Shown: positions 1 to 12,764 of the stretch, piece by piece
How positions within the stretch are numbered: the stretch's first letter is position 1
Layout of the letters: each line of letters opens with the position of its first letter
Origin: Octopus sinensis
Lineage: Eukaryota
DNA length: 64,000 nt
Reading direction: 5' to 3'
Assembly (NCBI RefSeq): GCF_006345805.1
Contig: NC_043002.1
Span: forward strand, 45,942,001 to 46,006,000
Position numbers and translations under genes: made by a program
The notes under the pieces: model-generated
What the model was told of the DNA's origin: nothing
The model's input: the letters and a program-made list of their open reading frames with translations, nothing else
Databases searched by the model: none

Positions 1-2931
1 GTATGATTCATGTGTTTATTGTGCCTGAAGGTGTATGCAGGCTTGCAGCATATCCTGTGCATACATTTTAGTAATGGTGATGTAGCACCCATCAACAGAT
101 GTGTAGTACTCACTATTAAATGGTGTTTTACTATAAGCTCTGAGCATTCCATTATAAGCACCAAGCATTCCACCTATAGAGCAGGCTACAGTAAGGTAGC
201 CACACAATTTTGTAAGTGTTATTTCTATGTACAGGATAATACGGTACCTTGACCCACAAATGTTGTCCTGTTGTTTGTGAAATACTAGGGTCAACTTTTA
301 TACTGGGTCTATGGAAAATTCTCAATTTTTTGGCCAAAAATAAGGAGGTTGACTTTTACATGAGATCGACTATTACTTGAGTATATATGGTAGTTAAGAG
401 AACATAATGTTTGTATGAAGCATAGAGTGTATAGTTAAGAGAATATAAGGTTTATACTCTACTGTGGATTACAACAGTGAGATATTCAACACTTATTCTG
501 TGACTTATGACTGCCGTCTCTAATGTTGGTTTCACATTTTGGCACAAGGCCAGCAAGTTTGGGGGAGGGTGCTAGTCAATTACATCATCCCCCAGTGATC
601 AACTAGTACTTATTTTATCAACCCCGAAAGGATGAAAAGTAAAGTTGAACTCCAGTGGAATTTGAACTCAGAACATAAAGAGACAAATAAAATGCCGCTA
701 AGCATTTTGCTTAGTGTGCAACGATTCTGCCAGTTCACTGTCTTCTGCCATCTCTAATGTTAACAGGAGAATGTGTCATTAGTCATGAGCTTTGCCATAA
801 ATCATCATCATCATCATTATCATTATCATTTAATGTTCTATATCCAGCCGTAGAAAACCATGCCAAATCAGACTTGTGTGTGGTGTGAGCCTTCCAGTGT
901 GCCAGCCCAGTCAAACTGTCCAACCTATGCCAGCATGGACAACGGATGTTAAATAATGATGATGATGATGTTCTATGCTGGCATGGATGGATAGTTTCAC
1001 AGTATCCCATGGGTTCAAGGACTGCATCATGGTCCAGTATCTGCTTTGACATGATTGCTATAAATGGATGCACTTCCTTATGCCAACCACTTTACAGTGT
1101 GTACTGACTGCTTTTCTTGTGTCACTGGCACTATTAAGGCCATGCAGCTTGTAAGACTACGAAACCTAAGGAATGGGGTTTTATGCTAGAGTTAGGGTTA
1201 AGGTATGAGAGAAGTGGGTAGGACAGAGCAGGTTGTTGTAGAGGAGCTACATGGCTACTCACATTTAGGAGAGAGAGTGAGAATGAATCAGTACTGGCTA
1301 CAAAAATAGATAATGGTGATGAGATGTCCAGGTGGTACCTCAAGGTATGAAGTGAGTAAAAGTGAGTGGGGACAGAGAGGAGGTAGGCAGTATATATAAA
1401 GGTTGGTTGTGGTTAAAGGATGGCTACTGGTGCATGAGATGGGGAAGGTAGTGGGATGGAATAAAGGAGCAGTAACAGGATATTAATGATGATACAATTG
1501 TCAGAGGAAGAACTAAAGAGAGATGACATATTTGGCTGGGATGCAGAAGAAAGGGGAGAGAGAAACAGGCATAGTGCACGAGGAGAGATAAATTGGTGGT
1601 CCAATGGCAGGAGGGAGGAGATGATGACCAATGTAATGTGTGGAGGTAGAGCACAATATTAATGGATAAGAATGGCTAACAAGTGAAATGACAACTTGAA
1701 TATAGGTTGAACTTCTCTTGTTACCATGCATCTGTCAGTTTACGTACTGATTGTATGCAGCACATACTGAATATCAAAAAGTAAGGACTTAATTTAACAT
1801 ATGGTTGCAGCCTGTTCACTCAAGGTCATAAAAGTAAAGCTTTGTGCCACTGATTTCAATTTTGTGAGAGAGCTTTCCTTGAACATTGCATCTACAGTTG
1901 TGTTCATTGCAGACTGAACTTACAATCTAAAATTGAAAATCATTGGTTGTAGTTTTGCTTTGGTATCTGAATTAGCACTGGTATGGGTACCAGCGATGGC
2001 ATACTGGTTTTGATTTGTGGTGGTTTGAAAACAATGAGAGAAATTCAACTTCTGTGAAAAGTATGAGATTTCCTTTCTATATAAGATTCTATGTATGATG
2101 ATGAATTTGTGTTGGAATAGTCTTGGTTAGTTATTGTCAAATACGAAAGTAACCTGTCCAACACTAAGAAGAAATTTACATATAACAGTCATCATGTTAG
2201 TATGTGTCAAACTTTATTTAAACTGCCCATATCTAACCAAAATAATCTATAAGTTTTACATTCAAATCAACCAGGTTTAGCCTCTCACACCAACCCCACA
2301 ATACTATTGTAAGTTACCTCATGAAATTAAGATAACTCATGAAAATCTCCAAGCTGCAAAATAATACCTGATTAATTCAAAATAATGTGAATGCTAAAGG
2401 GTTAATGTTAGTATGCTGTTCTAAAATATAGTGTTTATAGCCTAAATCCTTATTTATAGATAGTAGGATGTTTGTTGAGAGACATTTATGTTAAACAGCT
2501 AGAGTCTCTCTTACTGATGAAATGATATCATCATCAATATTTAATGTCCATTTTCCATGCTTGCATGGGTTGAACAGTTTGACAGATCTGGCAAGCTGTA
2601 GGTCCACATTAAGCCTCGATGTCAGCTTTCACATGATTTCTGCAACTGGATGCCCTTTCCTAATGTCAACCACTTTACAGATTGTACTGGATGTTTTTTT
2701 CATGCCACCAGCTCTAGTGAGGTTGCCAAATAGTTTGCAAGGCAAGAAAAGAACAGGAAGAAAGGAAAAAGAAAAAAAAGAAAGAAAGAAAAAACCTCTT
2801 TGACTAAATGGGGCATTACTATTAGTGTTTGAGAGGGTGAGGAAGGACACTGGTTTTATGCCAGGCTTTGAGAAACTTGGGTGTGATCGAAGAACTAGCC
2901 CAGATGACTTGTAATAGAGATACAAGGTTAC

Positions 2932-5886
2932 TCATCATCATCATCATCATCATCATTTAGCGTCCGTTTTCCATGCTAGCATGGGTTGGACGGTTCTACT
3001 GGGGTCTGTGAAGCCAGAAGGCTTCATCAGGCCCAGTCAAATCTGGCAGTGTTTCTACGGCTGGATGCCCTTCCTAACGCCAACCACTCCGTGAGTGTAG
3101 TGGGTGCTTTTTACGTGCCACCCGCACTGGTGCCAGACAGAGCTGGCAAACGGCCACGAACGGATGGTGCTTTTTATGTGCCACCGGCACGAGGGCCAGG
3201 CGAGGCTGGCAACGGACACGAAACGGGGCAGTGCTGGCAACGGTCGCGAAACGGAAAGTTCTCTTACATGCCACCGGCACTGGTAACACACCTGCAATTT
3301 CCATTGATCGATTTCCATTGATCGATTTCGATTCTGATCCTCACTTGCCTCAATGGGTCTTCACAAGCAGAGTTTCGACATGCCACCGGCACTGGTAGCA
3401 CATCCGCAATTTCCATTGATCGATTTCGATTCTGATCCTCACTTGCCTCAACACGTCTTCACAAGTAGAGTTTTGTGTCCCAAGAAGGGAAGGTATGCAT
3501 ACGTAGGCTGGCTCCATCCCATGTAGAAGGCCACGGGTTGTGGACTCACTTGTCCTGCCGGGTCTTCTCGCGCACAGCACACTTCCAGAGGTCTCGGTCT
3601 CTAGTCATTTCCTCAGTGAGACCTAAAGTTCGAAGGTCGTGCTTCACCACCTCGTCCCAGGTTTTCCTGGGTCTGCCTCTTCCACAGGTTCCCTCAACCG
3701 CTAGGGTGTGGCACTTTTTCACACAACTATCTTCATCCATTCTCGCCACATGACCATACCAGCGCAAACGTCTCTCTTGCACACCACAACTGATGCTTCT
3801 TAGGTCCAGCTTTTCTCTCAAGGTACTTACACTCTGCCGAGTGTGAGTACCGGCATTACACATCCATCGGAGCATACTGGCTTCATTTCTAGCGAGCTTA
3901 CGCATATCCTCAGCAGTCACGGCCCATGTTTCACTGCCATGTAGCATGGCTGTTCGTACACACGCATCATACAGTCTGCCTTTCACTCTGTGCGAGAGGC
4001 CTTTTGTCACCAGCAGAGGTAAGAGCTCTCTGAACTTTGCCCAAGCTATTCTTACTCTAGCAGTTACACTTTCAGCACACCCGCCCCCGCTGCTGACTTG
4101 GTCACCTAGGTAACGGAAACTATCAACTATTTCTAGTTTTTCTCCCTGGAAAGTGACGGAAGTTGGTCTCAGAGCATTTTCAGTGTTTATTGTTCCTGAG
4201 CATCTGCCACATACAAAAACCATCTTCCTAGTTAGCCTTCCTTTGACATTGCTGCATCTCTTATGTGTCCATAGCTTACACTTGGTGCATCTTATAGAGT
4301 TTCTACCTACACCTTTTCTACAGATCGAGCAGGGCCATCTACCTGAAGGTGTTTGTGATTTGTCTACCATCCTACTGATTACGACTTTGGTTTTAGCTAG
4401 ATTGACTCTGAGGCCCTTCGATTCTAATCCTTGTTTCCACACCTGGAACTTCTCCTCCAGTTCTGATAGCGACTCAGCAATTAGAGCAAGGTCATCAGCA
4501 TAGAGGAGCTCCCAAGGGCATCCTGTCTTGAATTCCTCCGTTATTGCCTGGAGGACTATGATAAATAGGAGGGGGCTGAGTACTGAGCCTGGTGGACCCC
4601 TACCTCTACCCGGAATTCTTCACTGTACTCATTTCCAACCCTCACCCTACTAGCGGCGTCCCTATACATGGCCCGCACAGCTCTCACTAACCATTCATCT
4701 ATCCCTAGTTTTCTCATTGCCCACCAGATAAGGGATCGGGGGACCCTGTCGAAGGCTTTCTCCATGTCAACAAAAGCCAGGTACAGGGGCTTATCTTTGG
4801 CTAGGTATTTCTCCTGCAGCTGCCTTACCAGGAATATAGCATCAGTAGTACTTTTCCCTGGCACAAACCCAAACTGCATCTCATCTAAACTAACTCTCTC
4901 TCTAATTAGTTGGGCTATGACCCTCTCCGTAACCTTCATCACCTGGTCCAACAGCTTGATACCTCTGTAGTTATTTGTATCTAGGGCATCACCTTTACCT
5001 TTGTAGCAGTTGACTATTATACTGCTACACCAGTCATTGGGTATGACCCCTTTGTGTATCACCTGATTAACTATATGGGTGACTAGGCTATAGCCGACAC
5101 TACCAGACATTTTGAGCATCTCTGCAGTGATTCCTGATGGGCCTGGGGCTTTCCCTGTCTTCATGCTTCTAATTGCCTTAGCTACCACAGAACTATCAAC
5201 TCGGATAGCTGGTCCCTCTGTTGGGTCAACATTCGGCAGACTCTCTTTATCCCATTCATTTTCTTCATTCAGCAACCTTTCATAGTGGCATCTCCAAACC
5301 TCTCTCTTTGCATCCTCATTTAGCGCAAGTGAACCATCTTCCATGCGAACACACTTCTCTCCTACCACATCACGATTCTCTCTCACACACTGTCTTGCAA
5401 CACGAAACACCTCCAGTCTTTGGTCCTCACGGCGCAGAACATTGGCAAATTTTTTCTTATCTGCTTCCCCTCTGGCTAAATAAACCTGTCTCCTAGCTTC
5501 TCTTTTGGCAGTCTGATACAATTCCCTGCTACCCCCATTTTTCCAGACCTTCCAAGCCTGTCTCTTTTCTCTAATAGCCCTGTCTACAATATTGTTCCAC
5601 CACCACGTTATTCTAGGTCGAGAGGGGACTTTGCACCAGCCACAGATCTGGTCAGTGGCTCTCAGCAGGTTGTCCCTTAGAAACGTCCAGCTGTCTTCTA
5701 CCCCCTGTGATGCTCTATCCCCTTCTACTTCGTCAGAGGCTTCAAGTAATATGTCCCTAAATCTCTGTCCATTTGCAGGATCTTTAAGCTTCCAGATCCT
5801 TCTTCTCCATATTTGTCGTCTTCTGGTTGTCCTCCTAGTCCTGATCCTAAAGTCACTAACTACCAGTCTATGTTGTGGGGTACATT
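2932..5886 (-). mobile_element. Young 5'-truncated RTE-clade LINE in an intron of gene 1
   Basis: ORFs 4556-5947 and 3546-4442 contain RT motifs (KAPGPSG, YRGIKLL, QFGF, FVDMEKAFDRV, LLYADD) and RTE C-terminal motifs (LHGSETW, RLRWYGHV, RGRPRKTW). The 3'UTR ends in an (ATG)n tail at 2932-2956. Confidence 0.93.
3546..5886 (-). pseudogene. RTE ORF (RT, PHD-like Cys finger, C-terminus), broken by one frameshift near 4588 and lacking most of the APE endonuclease
   Basis: GVHQ/GSVLSPLLF is restored by adding one G near 4588. No other stop in ~780 codons. Confidence 0.85.
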
Positions 5887-6253
5887 GGGTGGGAATGGCT
5901 GGAAAGAAGACAAGTTGTGGTGGGATGCTGAGCATCTTAGGATACAAGCTAGGTGTAAGAGAGGATGCAGACTTTGGATTACGGAGGAGGGAGGATAGAG
6001 TAGGGATGTTTCATAAGGGTGTGAGGAGAAATAGTTAGAGATGAGGGGTAGGGTAAAAGTAAATGTAGTGAGTGATGGTGAGAGATATGAGTGGCTTGGG
6101 TAGGGAGGGGGCTATGATAAATGGAGGTGCAATGATAGATATGAGAGGGCTCTGAGAGTGATAGCAGATAAGAAAGGTATTAAGAATGGATTATAAGAAA
6201 GGAGAGAAAGAGCAATGGCTGAAGGTACAGAAAGGAGATGATTGGTGGAAATA

Positions 6254-6465
6254 TGAGGGGTTGCTGAAAAGTTCCTGGCTTTGGATAAAAAAATATATAG
6301 GAGGATCAGTTATGATTTTATTCAACGTATTCCCCTCTCAGATTCACACACTTATTGCAGTGATCTTTCAGTTTTTCTAATCCCTGTAAAAGAATTCAGA
6401 AGGTTGGGCTTCCAACCAGACCTTTGCAATGCCCTTAAAGTCAGCAACTTTATAGCACCCCCTCA
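6254..6465. mobile_element. Mariner-type MITE (further copies at 59873-60094 and partial ~23780-23940)
   Basis: TIR TGAGGGGTTGCTGAAAAGTT / AACTTTATAGCACCCCCTCA with TA flanks. Confidence 0.75.
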
Positions 6466-7400
6466 TAGTGTGGGCAACAATGATGTTATTTACAAATTTG
6501 GCACAAAACCAGCAATTTAGAGGAATTAGGGAAGTTGATTACATCAACCCCTCATGCTCAACTGGTACTTCTTTTATTGATCCCAAAAGAATGAAAGGCA
6601 AAGTTGACCTTGGTGAAATTTGAACTCAGAACATAAATACAAATGAAATTCTGCTAAGCACTTTGCCTGGCTCTATACGGCTGTTTGGTTTGCTAGAAAT
6701 AGCAACCAGATTCCATCAAATCACACTTCTGTCTTAAAAAAAGAAGGTAACATTGGACAGTGTAATCCTAATATACAAAAATGACAAGGATTGTCAGAGT
6801 TGGAACACTTTTGTTTACAGTTTTTTTAAATTAGACCTGAACAACAGCAACCACAACATTGTGCCCTAATAACTTCTGGTACCATAGCCCTAGCTTGACC
6901 ATGATCTTGTGAATGAAATTTGATAGCCAGCTGTATAGAATCTGATAATGATGATGATGATGATAATTATGGATGCAAAATTTGGCACAAAGCCAGTAAT
7001 TTTAGGGGAGTAGGTGAGTCGATTTCATCAGCCCCAGTGCTCAACTGGTACTTATTTTTTCAACCCCGATGGAAAGAAAGCAAAGTTGACCTTGGCAGAA
7101 TTTGAACTCAGAATGTAAACACAGATGAAATACCACTGAAGATTTTGTGAGGCACTATAATAAATAATGATTTTCAAATTTTGACACAAAGCCTGCAAGT
7201 TTGGGAAAGGGAGAAAGTCAGTTACATTGATCTAGTTCTCAACTGGTTCTTATTTTATCAACTCTGAAATGGTGAAAAGCAAGAGTCGGTCTTGGTGGAA
7301 TTTGAACTCAGAATGTGAAGTTGGCCGAAATGCTGCTAAGCATTTTGCCCAGCATGCTAATGACTTTGTCGGCTTGCCATCTTAATAATAATAATAATAA

Positions 7401-7953
7401 TTGCCCTGATGCAGTACTAGACAGTGGCTCTCATGGCTTCTGATCTTAACTGATTGGAAGTGTTATGTACATTGTTTTCTCTTGGTATAAAAGATGGGCT
7501 ACAGCAAATATTCTGCTCAATACCACAGATTTGCTTGTCAGTTGTTTGACTGTAACAATTTGACCATGTCCCTTAGTGGCTGACGATATTTGCATCTCTG
7601 ATCATGAGCAGAAGTAGTGGGGGAGCATCATAGCCATGTGTTGAGAGGAATTCTTGGAGGTTTGGATAATTCACCTTTAGAAACATGGGTGGTTCATTCA
7701 ACATCCTTAAACAATCCTTATTCAGGGACCTTTTGAGTGGGATGGGCTACTCAACCAGAAGAAAATTCTAACTGGGCCCCACCTGCAAGATCATGTGCTG
7801 TTTATCTTGATATGAGATCACCATGTCGCGCACATATGGTTGTGATGCATGTGCCTGGTGTAGCCTTATCAGACAAGTAGTCATGATGAGTATACTGGGC
7901 TTCGTATATTTTACCCCAGTGTGATTTTGATGGCATGCACTGCTCTCTCACTT
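7401..7953. mobile_element. Unclassified ~550-bp interspersed element flanked by (AAT)n
   Basis: Sharp boundaries against (AAT)n on both sides. Shares ~170 bp with the 25525 family. Confidence 0.5.
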
Positions 7954-8244
7954 AATAATAATAATCCTTTAAACTGGCCATATCCAGCCCAAAATATTCT
8001 ACCTGTTTTACATTCAAACTGACTGGATCCAGCCTCTTACACCTATTCTACAATGCCATGGTAAAAATAAACAATCACATCACTGAAATCTCAAAACTAC
8101 AATATAATGCATGATTAATTTAAAACAACATGAATAAATAAGCATTACACTTGACAAAATATTCTAGATGCTAAAAAGGGTTAAAGTAAAAAAAATATAA
8201 TTTTTTAAAATTACTAAAAGTAGTAATGTTTTTTCTTTTTTCAG

Positions 8245-8419
8245 GATAAGAAAGATGCAGAAAAACAATTTAGTTATAGTATTTCTGAATTATCATCTCT
8301 TCATATTAGCCATATTACTAGTTCCTCTGAAAATGAGGATGACTCAAAACTGAATGAGGTTAATAAGTGTTTGGAGTATATAATGTTTCCTGGGGAGAGT
8401 GATAACAATATCTCGCTTA
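8245..8419 (+). CDS. Gene 1, internal coding exon (first recognisable one; upstream exons not identified)
   Basis: Acceptor ttttcttttttcag|GAT and donor TTA|gtaagt. 175 nt open, phase 0 to 1: DKKDAEKQFSYSISELSSLHISHITSSSENEDDSKLNEVNKCLEYIMFPGESDNNISL. Joins in frame to 10518. Confidence 0.8.
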
Positions 8420-8936
8420 GTAAGTATTGCTTCAAATTGTCACTTATTTTTCTAATGACTCGATTCATTTTCATTTCATCTTCATCCTAATTTTAGATCT
8501 GCCTTTCATGCTGACCTGGGTTGTTGGATGGTCAGACACGATCTGACAGATCTGAAGATCTTGTATTCTACTGTCTCAGTTTTGGTATGAATTCCATAGC
8601 TAGCACTTAGCAGAATGTACTCATCATCATCATCGTTTAACGTCCGCTTTCCATGCTAGCATGGGTTGGATGATTTAACAGGTCTGGCGAACCAGACTCC
8701 AATCTGATCTGGCAGAGTTTCTACAGCTGGATGCCCTTCCTAACGCCAACCACTCCGAGAGTGTAGTGGGTGTTTTTACGTGCCACCGGCACCAGGACCA
8801 GTTTGGTTGTACTGGCAACGGCCATGCTCAAATGGTGCTTTTTATGTGCCGGATACCTTTTTTCCATGACCCACCACTACTGAAGCTGCCTTGTAACTGG
8901 AAAGACTAAATAGCCTCCATGACCAAAACTAAAATG

Positions 8937-8977
<41 letters not shown>

Positions 8978-10517
8978 GAGAGAGTTGATTTTAGGCAAGA
9001 TCATGAGAGAGAGTAAAGTACAATGAGAGGAACAGATTTATTGTGAAAGTGTGATGGTGAAGAAAGTAATAAAGTGGATACTGAAAGAGAGGTATGGAAG
9101 GGGGACATGTATGAGACTCACAATTTACCTATGTTGCTCATAATGCTGACAAAAGCAGGTTCTGCTCACTTTCATGTTACTCCTCTGAAATAAATCTACT
9201 GATAAGCCAGTAAGGGAGCCCTTAACATAGTCACTCAGCCTGCTAGAAATAAACATCCAAATCTTCATATGACAGCCAGTCATCTTAAAAAAAAAAAGGA
9301 AGGAGAATTCATTGGATGACCTAATTCAAGATATGAATTCTCATGTTACTTCAATGAATGACATTTCAACAAAACCCAGCTACACAGTGTTCTTAGTTTG
9401 TTGCCCTGTGGCTACCTGTATGCAGGTTTGAAGCTGAAGAAATCCAGTAACATCCTCTATCTATCCCCATCGCCACTGGACTTATGAAGAAAGTGTGATG
9501 GTGTTGACATCTTGGTTTACTGAACAACTTACATGATGAATAATATTTACAGTAGGCATGGTTTATGCAGAACCAGTCCCACTCGTCCTTCAAACTTGTA
9601 TTGGTCAGGTGCAACAAGATGCAAGATTTGTATGGAGTTACCTTCTCTTAGATGAACAGTTAAAGTGTTGAAGGACCTCGTGTGTGCTGGGTCTGTTTGG
9701 GATTTCTTTGAGCAACCTTTTTTTAGAACCAATCGTATGGTATGCTAATTAACCCATAACTCCACAAAACTCTGGAACTCCTTAACAAGGGCTTGACTAC
9801 ACGATGCAGTTTAAAGTCATACCTAAGACAAAGTTCAAGATATATTTTGCTTGGAAAAGATAAAATAGTCAAATTTGAAGCATTTTGAATCATAAGTGTG
9901 CTCTGTCATTACTAGTCTGAGGCTAAACAGCAACAGTTATATATCCAAGGTTCTTTGCCTATGTTAGAAATTAGTAATTCTTAGTTTCATTATTTCATTT
10001 GAATGATTGAGCTGCAGATTCTTTTGTCATCAGCACGTAATGTCCACTTTCCATGATGGCATGGTTTGGACGGTTTGACAGGAGCTAGCCAGGCAGGGCC
10101 TGTATTAGACTTCTGTGTCTGTTTTGGCAGAGTTTTTATGGCTAGATGCCCTTCCTAACACCAACCAACCACCAGAGTGGACTAAGTGCTTTTTACATGA
10201 CACAAGCACAGAGATGGCATTAATTTATTTAGTATTATTTTGAAAGATATAGTACACTCTGTAAAGTGGTTGGCATTAGTAAGACAAATGGGGCCTGGGT
10301 AGCTCTCCAGCTGGCCAACACTTACCAGGCCATCTAACCCATGCCAGTATGGAGAATGGGTGTTAGATGATGATGACGCTACTGTTGCTACCATAGCATG
10401 ACACATTCCTTTGACTCAACAGACCCTGTCAAACTATCCAACTCATACCAGCATGGAAGCCAGACATTAAAGAATTATGATTCATATATCTTTCACAAAA
10501 ACTCTCTACTGTTTCAG

Positions 10518-10641
10518 ATAATCCTAAACCAATTAAACTGAATGTACTTAAAAATAATAACTCCACGAAACGCACTGCCAAAAGTCTGTCAGAACTTGAT
10601 GTTATATTAGATGTTGTGGATCACTCCATTGAAATGGTGTT
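10518..10641 (+). CDS. Gene 1 coding exon (CENP-U-like 'ELDVIL' segment)
   Basis: Acceptor tgtttcag|AT and donor TT|gtaagt. 124 nt, phase 1 to 2: NNPKPIKLNVLKNNNSTKRTAKSLSELDVILDVVDHSIEMVL. Confidence 0.85.
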
Positions 10642-11156
10642 GTAAGTGTATTTTTTTTGCATATCCCTTACTATCATTCCCTATGTCAAGTGTATCAAAC
10701 CACCTCCAAAATTAGGTCTCACTGAAGCAAAGAAAGTGCTTCACTAATTTATTACATTGTGTAACTTGATTTTTGTCTTTGGGCAACAACTGTTATTTCC
10801 TATTTGCTTAGACCTAGAAAGTATGAAAAATGGCTTATATTTCCTTCAAACTCTGCTTTTGTTACATTTATTCAAACCCCAAAGAATCCTTCTCAGTATA
10901 TGACTATGATGCTCCCTAGTTACTAAGGGACATGCTCAAGTAGCTATGATCAATCAACTGACAAGTAATTATTTCTGCTTCAGCAACTCAGCACAGAATC
11001 TGTGTGAAATGCAATGGAAAATAGGTCACTTTCAAAACATTGATGTCCAGGTCACAAAAGCAAAGTTTGTTATATTACCAAGAAGGACACTTTATTTTAT
11101 TTGTCAAAGTCCACCTTGTTATTTGTAATAGGTTCTACATTTTCTAAAAGAAAATA

Positions 11157-11313
11157 GGAGTGGCTGTGTGGTAAGTAGCTTGCTTACCAACCACATGGTT
11201 CCGGGTTCAGTCCCACTGCGTGGCACCTTGGGCAAGTGTCTTCTACTATAGCCTCGGGCCGACCAAAGCCTTGTGAGTGGATTTGGTAGATGGAAACTGA
11301 AAGAAGCCCGTCG
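11157..11313 (+). mobile_element. tRNA-derived SINE, family A (copies at ~25925-26270, 38165-38571 minus, 47570-47950 and others)
   Basis: A box TGGCTGTGTGG, B box GGTTCAGTCCC and core CACCTTGGGCAAGTG, repeated many times. Confidence 0.85.
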
Positions 11314-11503
11314 TATATACACACACACACACATGCTGTAGTTAAGATAAATCTCTGCTGTTTCTTCTTGAAACATATCTGCTTAATACATTTTTATAAT
11401 CCAATATATAGTCTCAGTTGCTGCTCTATGTTAGGAAATTCCTTACATGTCTATCTAGCATGTAAAACTTTGTAATTCTTATTAGCAAATGAAACACGTA
11501 TAA

Positions 11504-11868
11504 TCTCTATATATATAAACGGCAAAATGTCTGTGTGTGTGTCCTTCATACAAATCCACAATTTTTCAGTTAGAGGGCTCACACTTTCTATGGCCATTCA
11601 AAACCGTCCAAGGGTGGTCGTGCACATCTTTACATTTCCCCAGTCACCCCACAAAGCCATTAAAAAATCAATAGAAGTGACTTTTTTTGTGAATTTTCTA
11701 TCCAAAACCCAATCAAAATGCCCAAAACGTGATACGCCAATTGAATGCCAGCTAGCTGTATGTGATTGGTTGGAGATTTGGACAGTACTCGCGTGTATGT
11801 GTGCACGCACGCAACTGTATATGCATGCACTAGCATTATGACCCGGTATTGCCGGGTCATAGTGCTAG
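11504..11868 (+). mobile_element. Non-autonomous Helitron-like element
   Basis: A|TC start, 3' hairpin ATGACCCGGTATTGCCGGGTCAT, CTAG|T end, no TSD. Second copy at 51220-51583. Confidence 0.75.
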
Positions 11869-11895
11869 TGGTGAATAAATAATACTCAAAAATAT

Positions 11896-11940
<45 letters not shown>

Positions 11941-12094
11941 CAGGGTGTCCCAGAAATTGCGCACCATTCTGGTTTTCATTTAAAATAATTAAAGCGTTTT
12001 ATTTTATTATATTTTTTTCGGCATGTTTTATTGTAGAGGGTGCTCAATTTGAGCATTTGTTATGATTAGGGTGGTGCACGACTTCTGGGACACC

Positions 12095-12097
<3 letters not shown>
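11941..12097. mobile_element. Tc1/mariner MITE inserted in (TA)n (related copy at 27919-28131)
   Basis: TIR CAGGGTGTCCCAGAA / TTCTGGGACACCCTG with TA on both sides. Confidence 0.85.
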
Positions 12098-12155
<58 letters not shown>

Positions 12156-12158
<3 letters not shown>

Positions 12159-12570
12159 AATAATAAAAGGGTAAAATTAATTAATTATTAATTAATTTTA
12201 TCAAGTAGTGTTCAGTATGTAAAAAGACCATTTACGGTACATTTAAAACATTGCTTTATATAATTAGGGTTCAGTAAATTTTGGGCTGACGAAGGAAATG
12301 TTGATAGGAGTATGTATTTCTAGCATCTCTTTATCCAACTAATCCAGAAATGGCGTTCTCAAGTAATCGATGTACGTGTGATCTTTCATTATTTTTCCCT
12401 CTATACCTACGTGAATTATTTTTGAGTATACATTGTCTGGGAGACTTTTCTTATAGTAGAAGAAATAGCTAAAATGTTTTGGCTGCTATTTCTAAAAGTT
12501 TGGTGTGTGGTAAAGTGAATTTTTTTTACTGAACCCTAATTATATAACGTAATGTTTTAAATATACCGTA
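12156..12570 (+). mobile_element. Older copy of the 43515 Penelope-like terminus, with 46-bp inverted arms (12233-12278 and 12525-12570)
   Basis: 12400-12570 aligns with 44270-44440. 12156-12278 aligns with the reverse complement of 44400-44515. Flanked by (TA)n. Confidence 0.6.
12281..12362 (+). ncRNA. Type I hammerhead ribozyme motif with extended stem II
   Basis: TTGGG-CTGACGA-A-GGA-AAT-GTTG...CAAC-TAA-TCC-A-GAAA-TGGCG-TT-CTCAA. Covaries with the 44181 motif. Confidence 0.65.
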
Positions 12571-12764
12571 TATATATATATATATATATTCCAAGAAAGT
12601 TAGAGGTGAATCCAACCAACTAAGGGATAATATCTATCCAATATACTGCTGGTAGAATACCCAATTATTAATACACAAGTGTTTTTTATTGCATTGCAAT
12701 TACATTACCGAGTGTAATAAATGGGTGAGAGTAAAGAGTTATTTTACCATTAATTTATAGAGCA

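Noticed and set aside
1739-1780. Candidate upstream exon of gene 1 (cag|...|gtaagg)
   Set aside because: Weak polypyrimidine tract and no supporting homology. The phase-0 frame needed to join 8245 contains a stop (TTT ACG TAC TGA).
7401-7480. Possible HDV-like ribozyme at the start of the (AAT)n-flanked element
   Set aside because: Could not build the P1/P1.1/P2/P3 nested pseudoknot by hand.
9393-9732. Two short minus-strand ORFs in non-repetitive-looking sequence
   Set aside because: No recognisable motif or consistent splice sites. Probably an old TE relic.
11157-11230. tRNA-like A and B boxes
   Set aside because: SINE head that continues into the SINE core. No complete cloverleaf was found.
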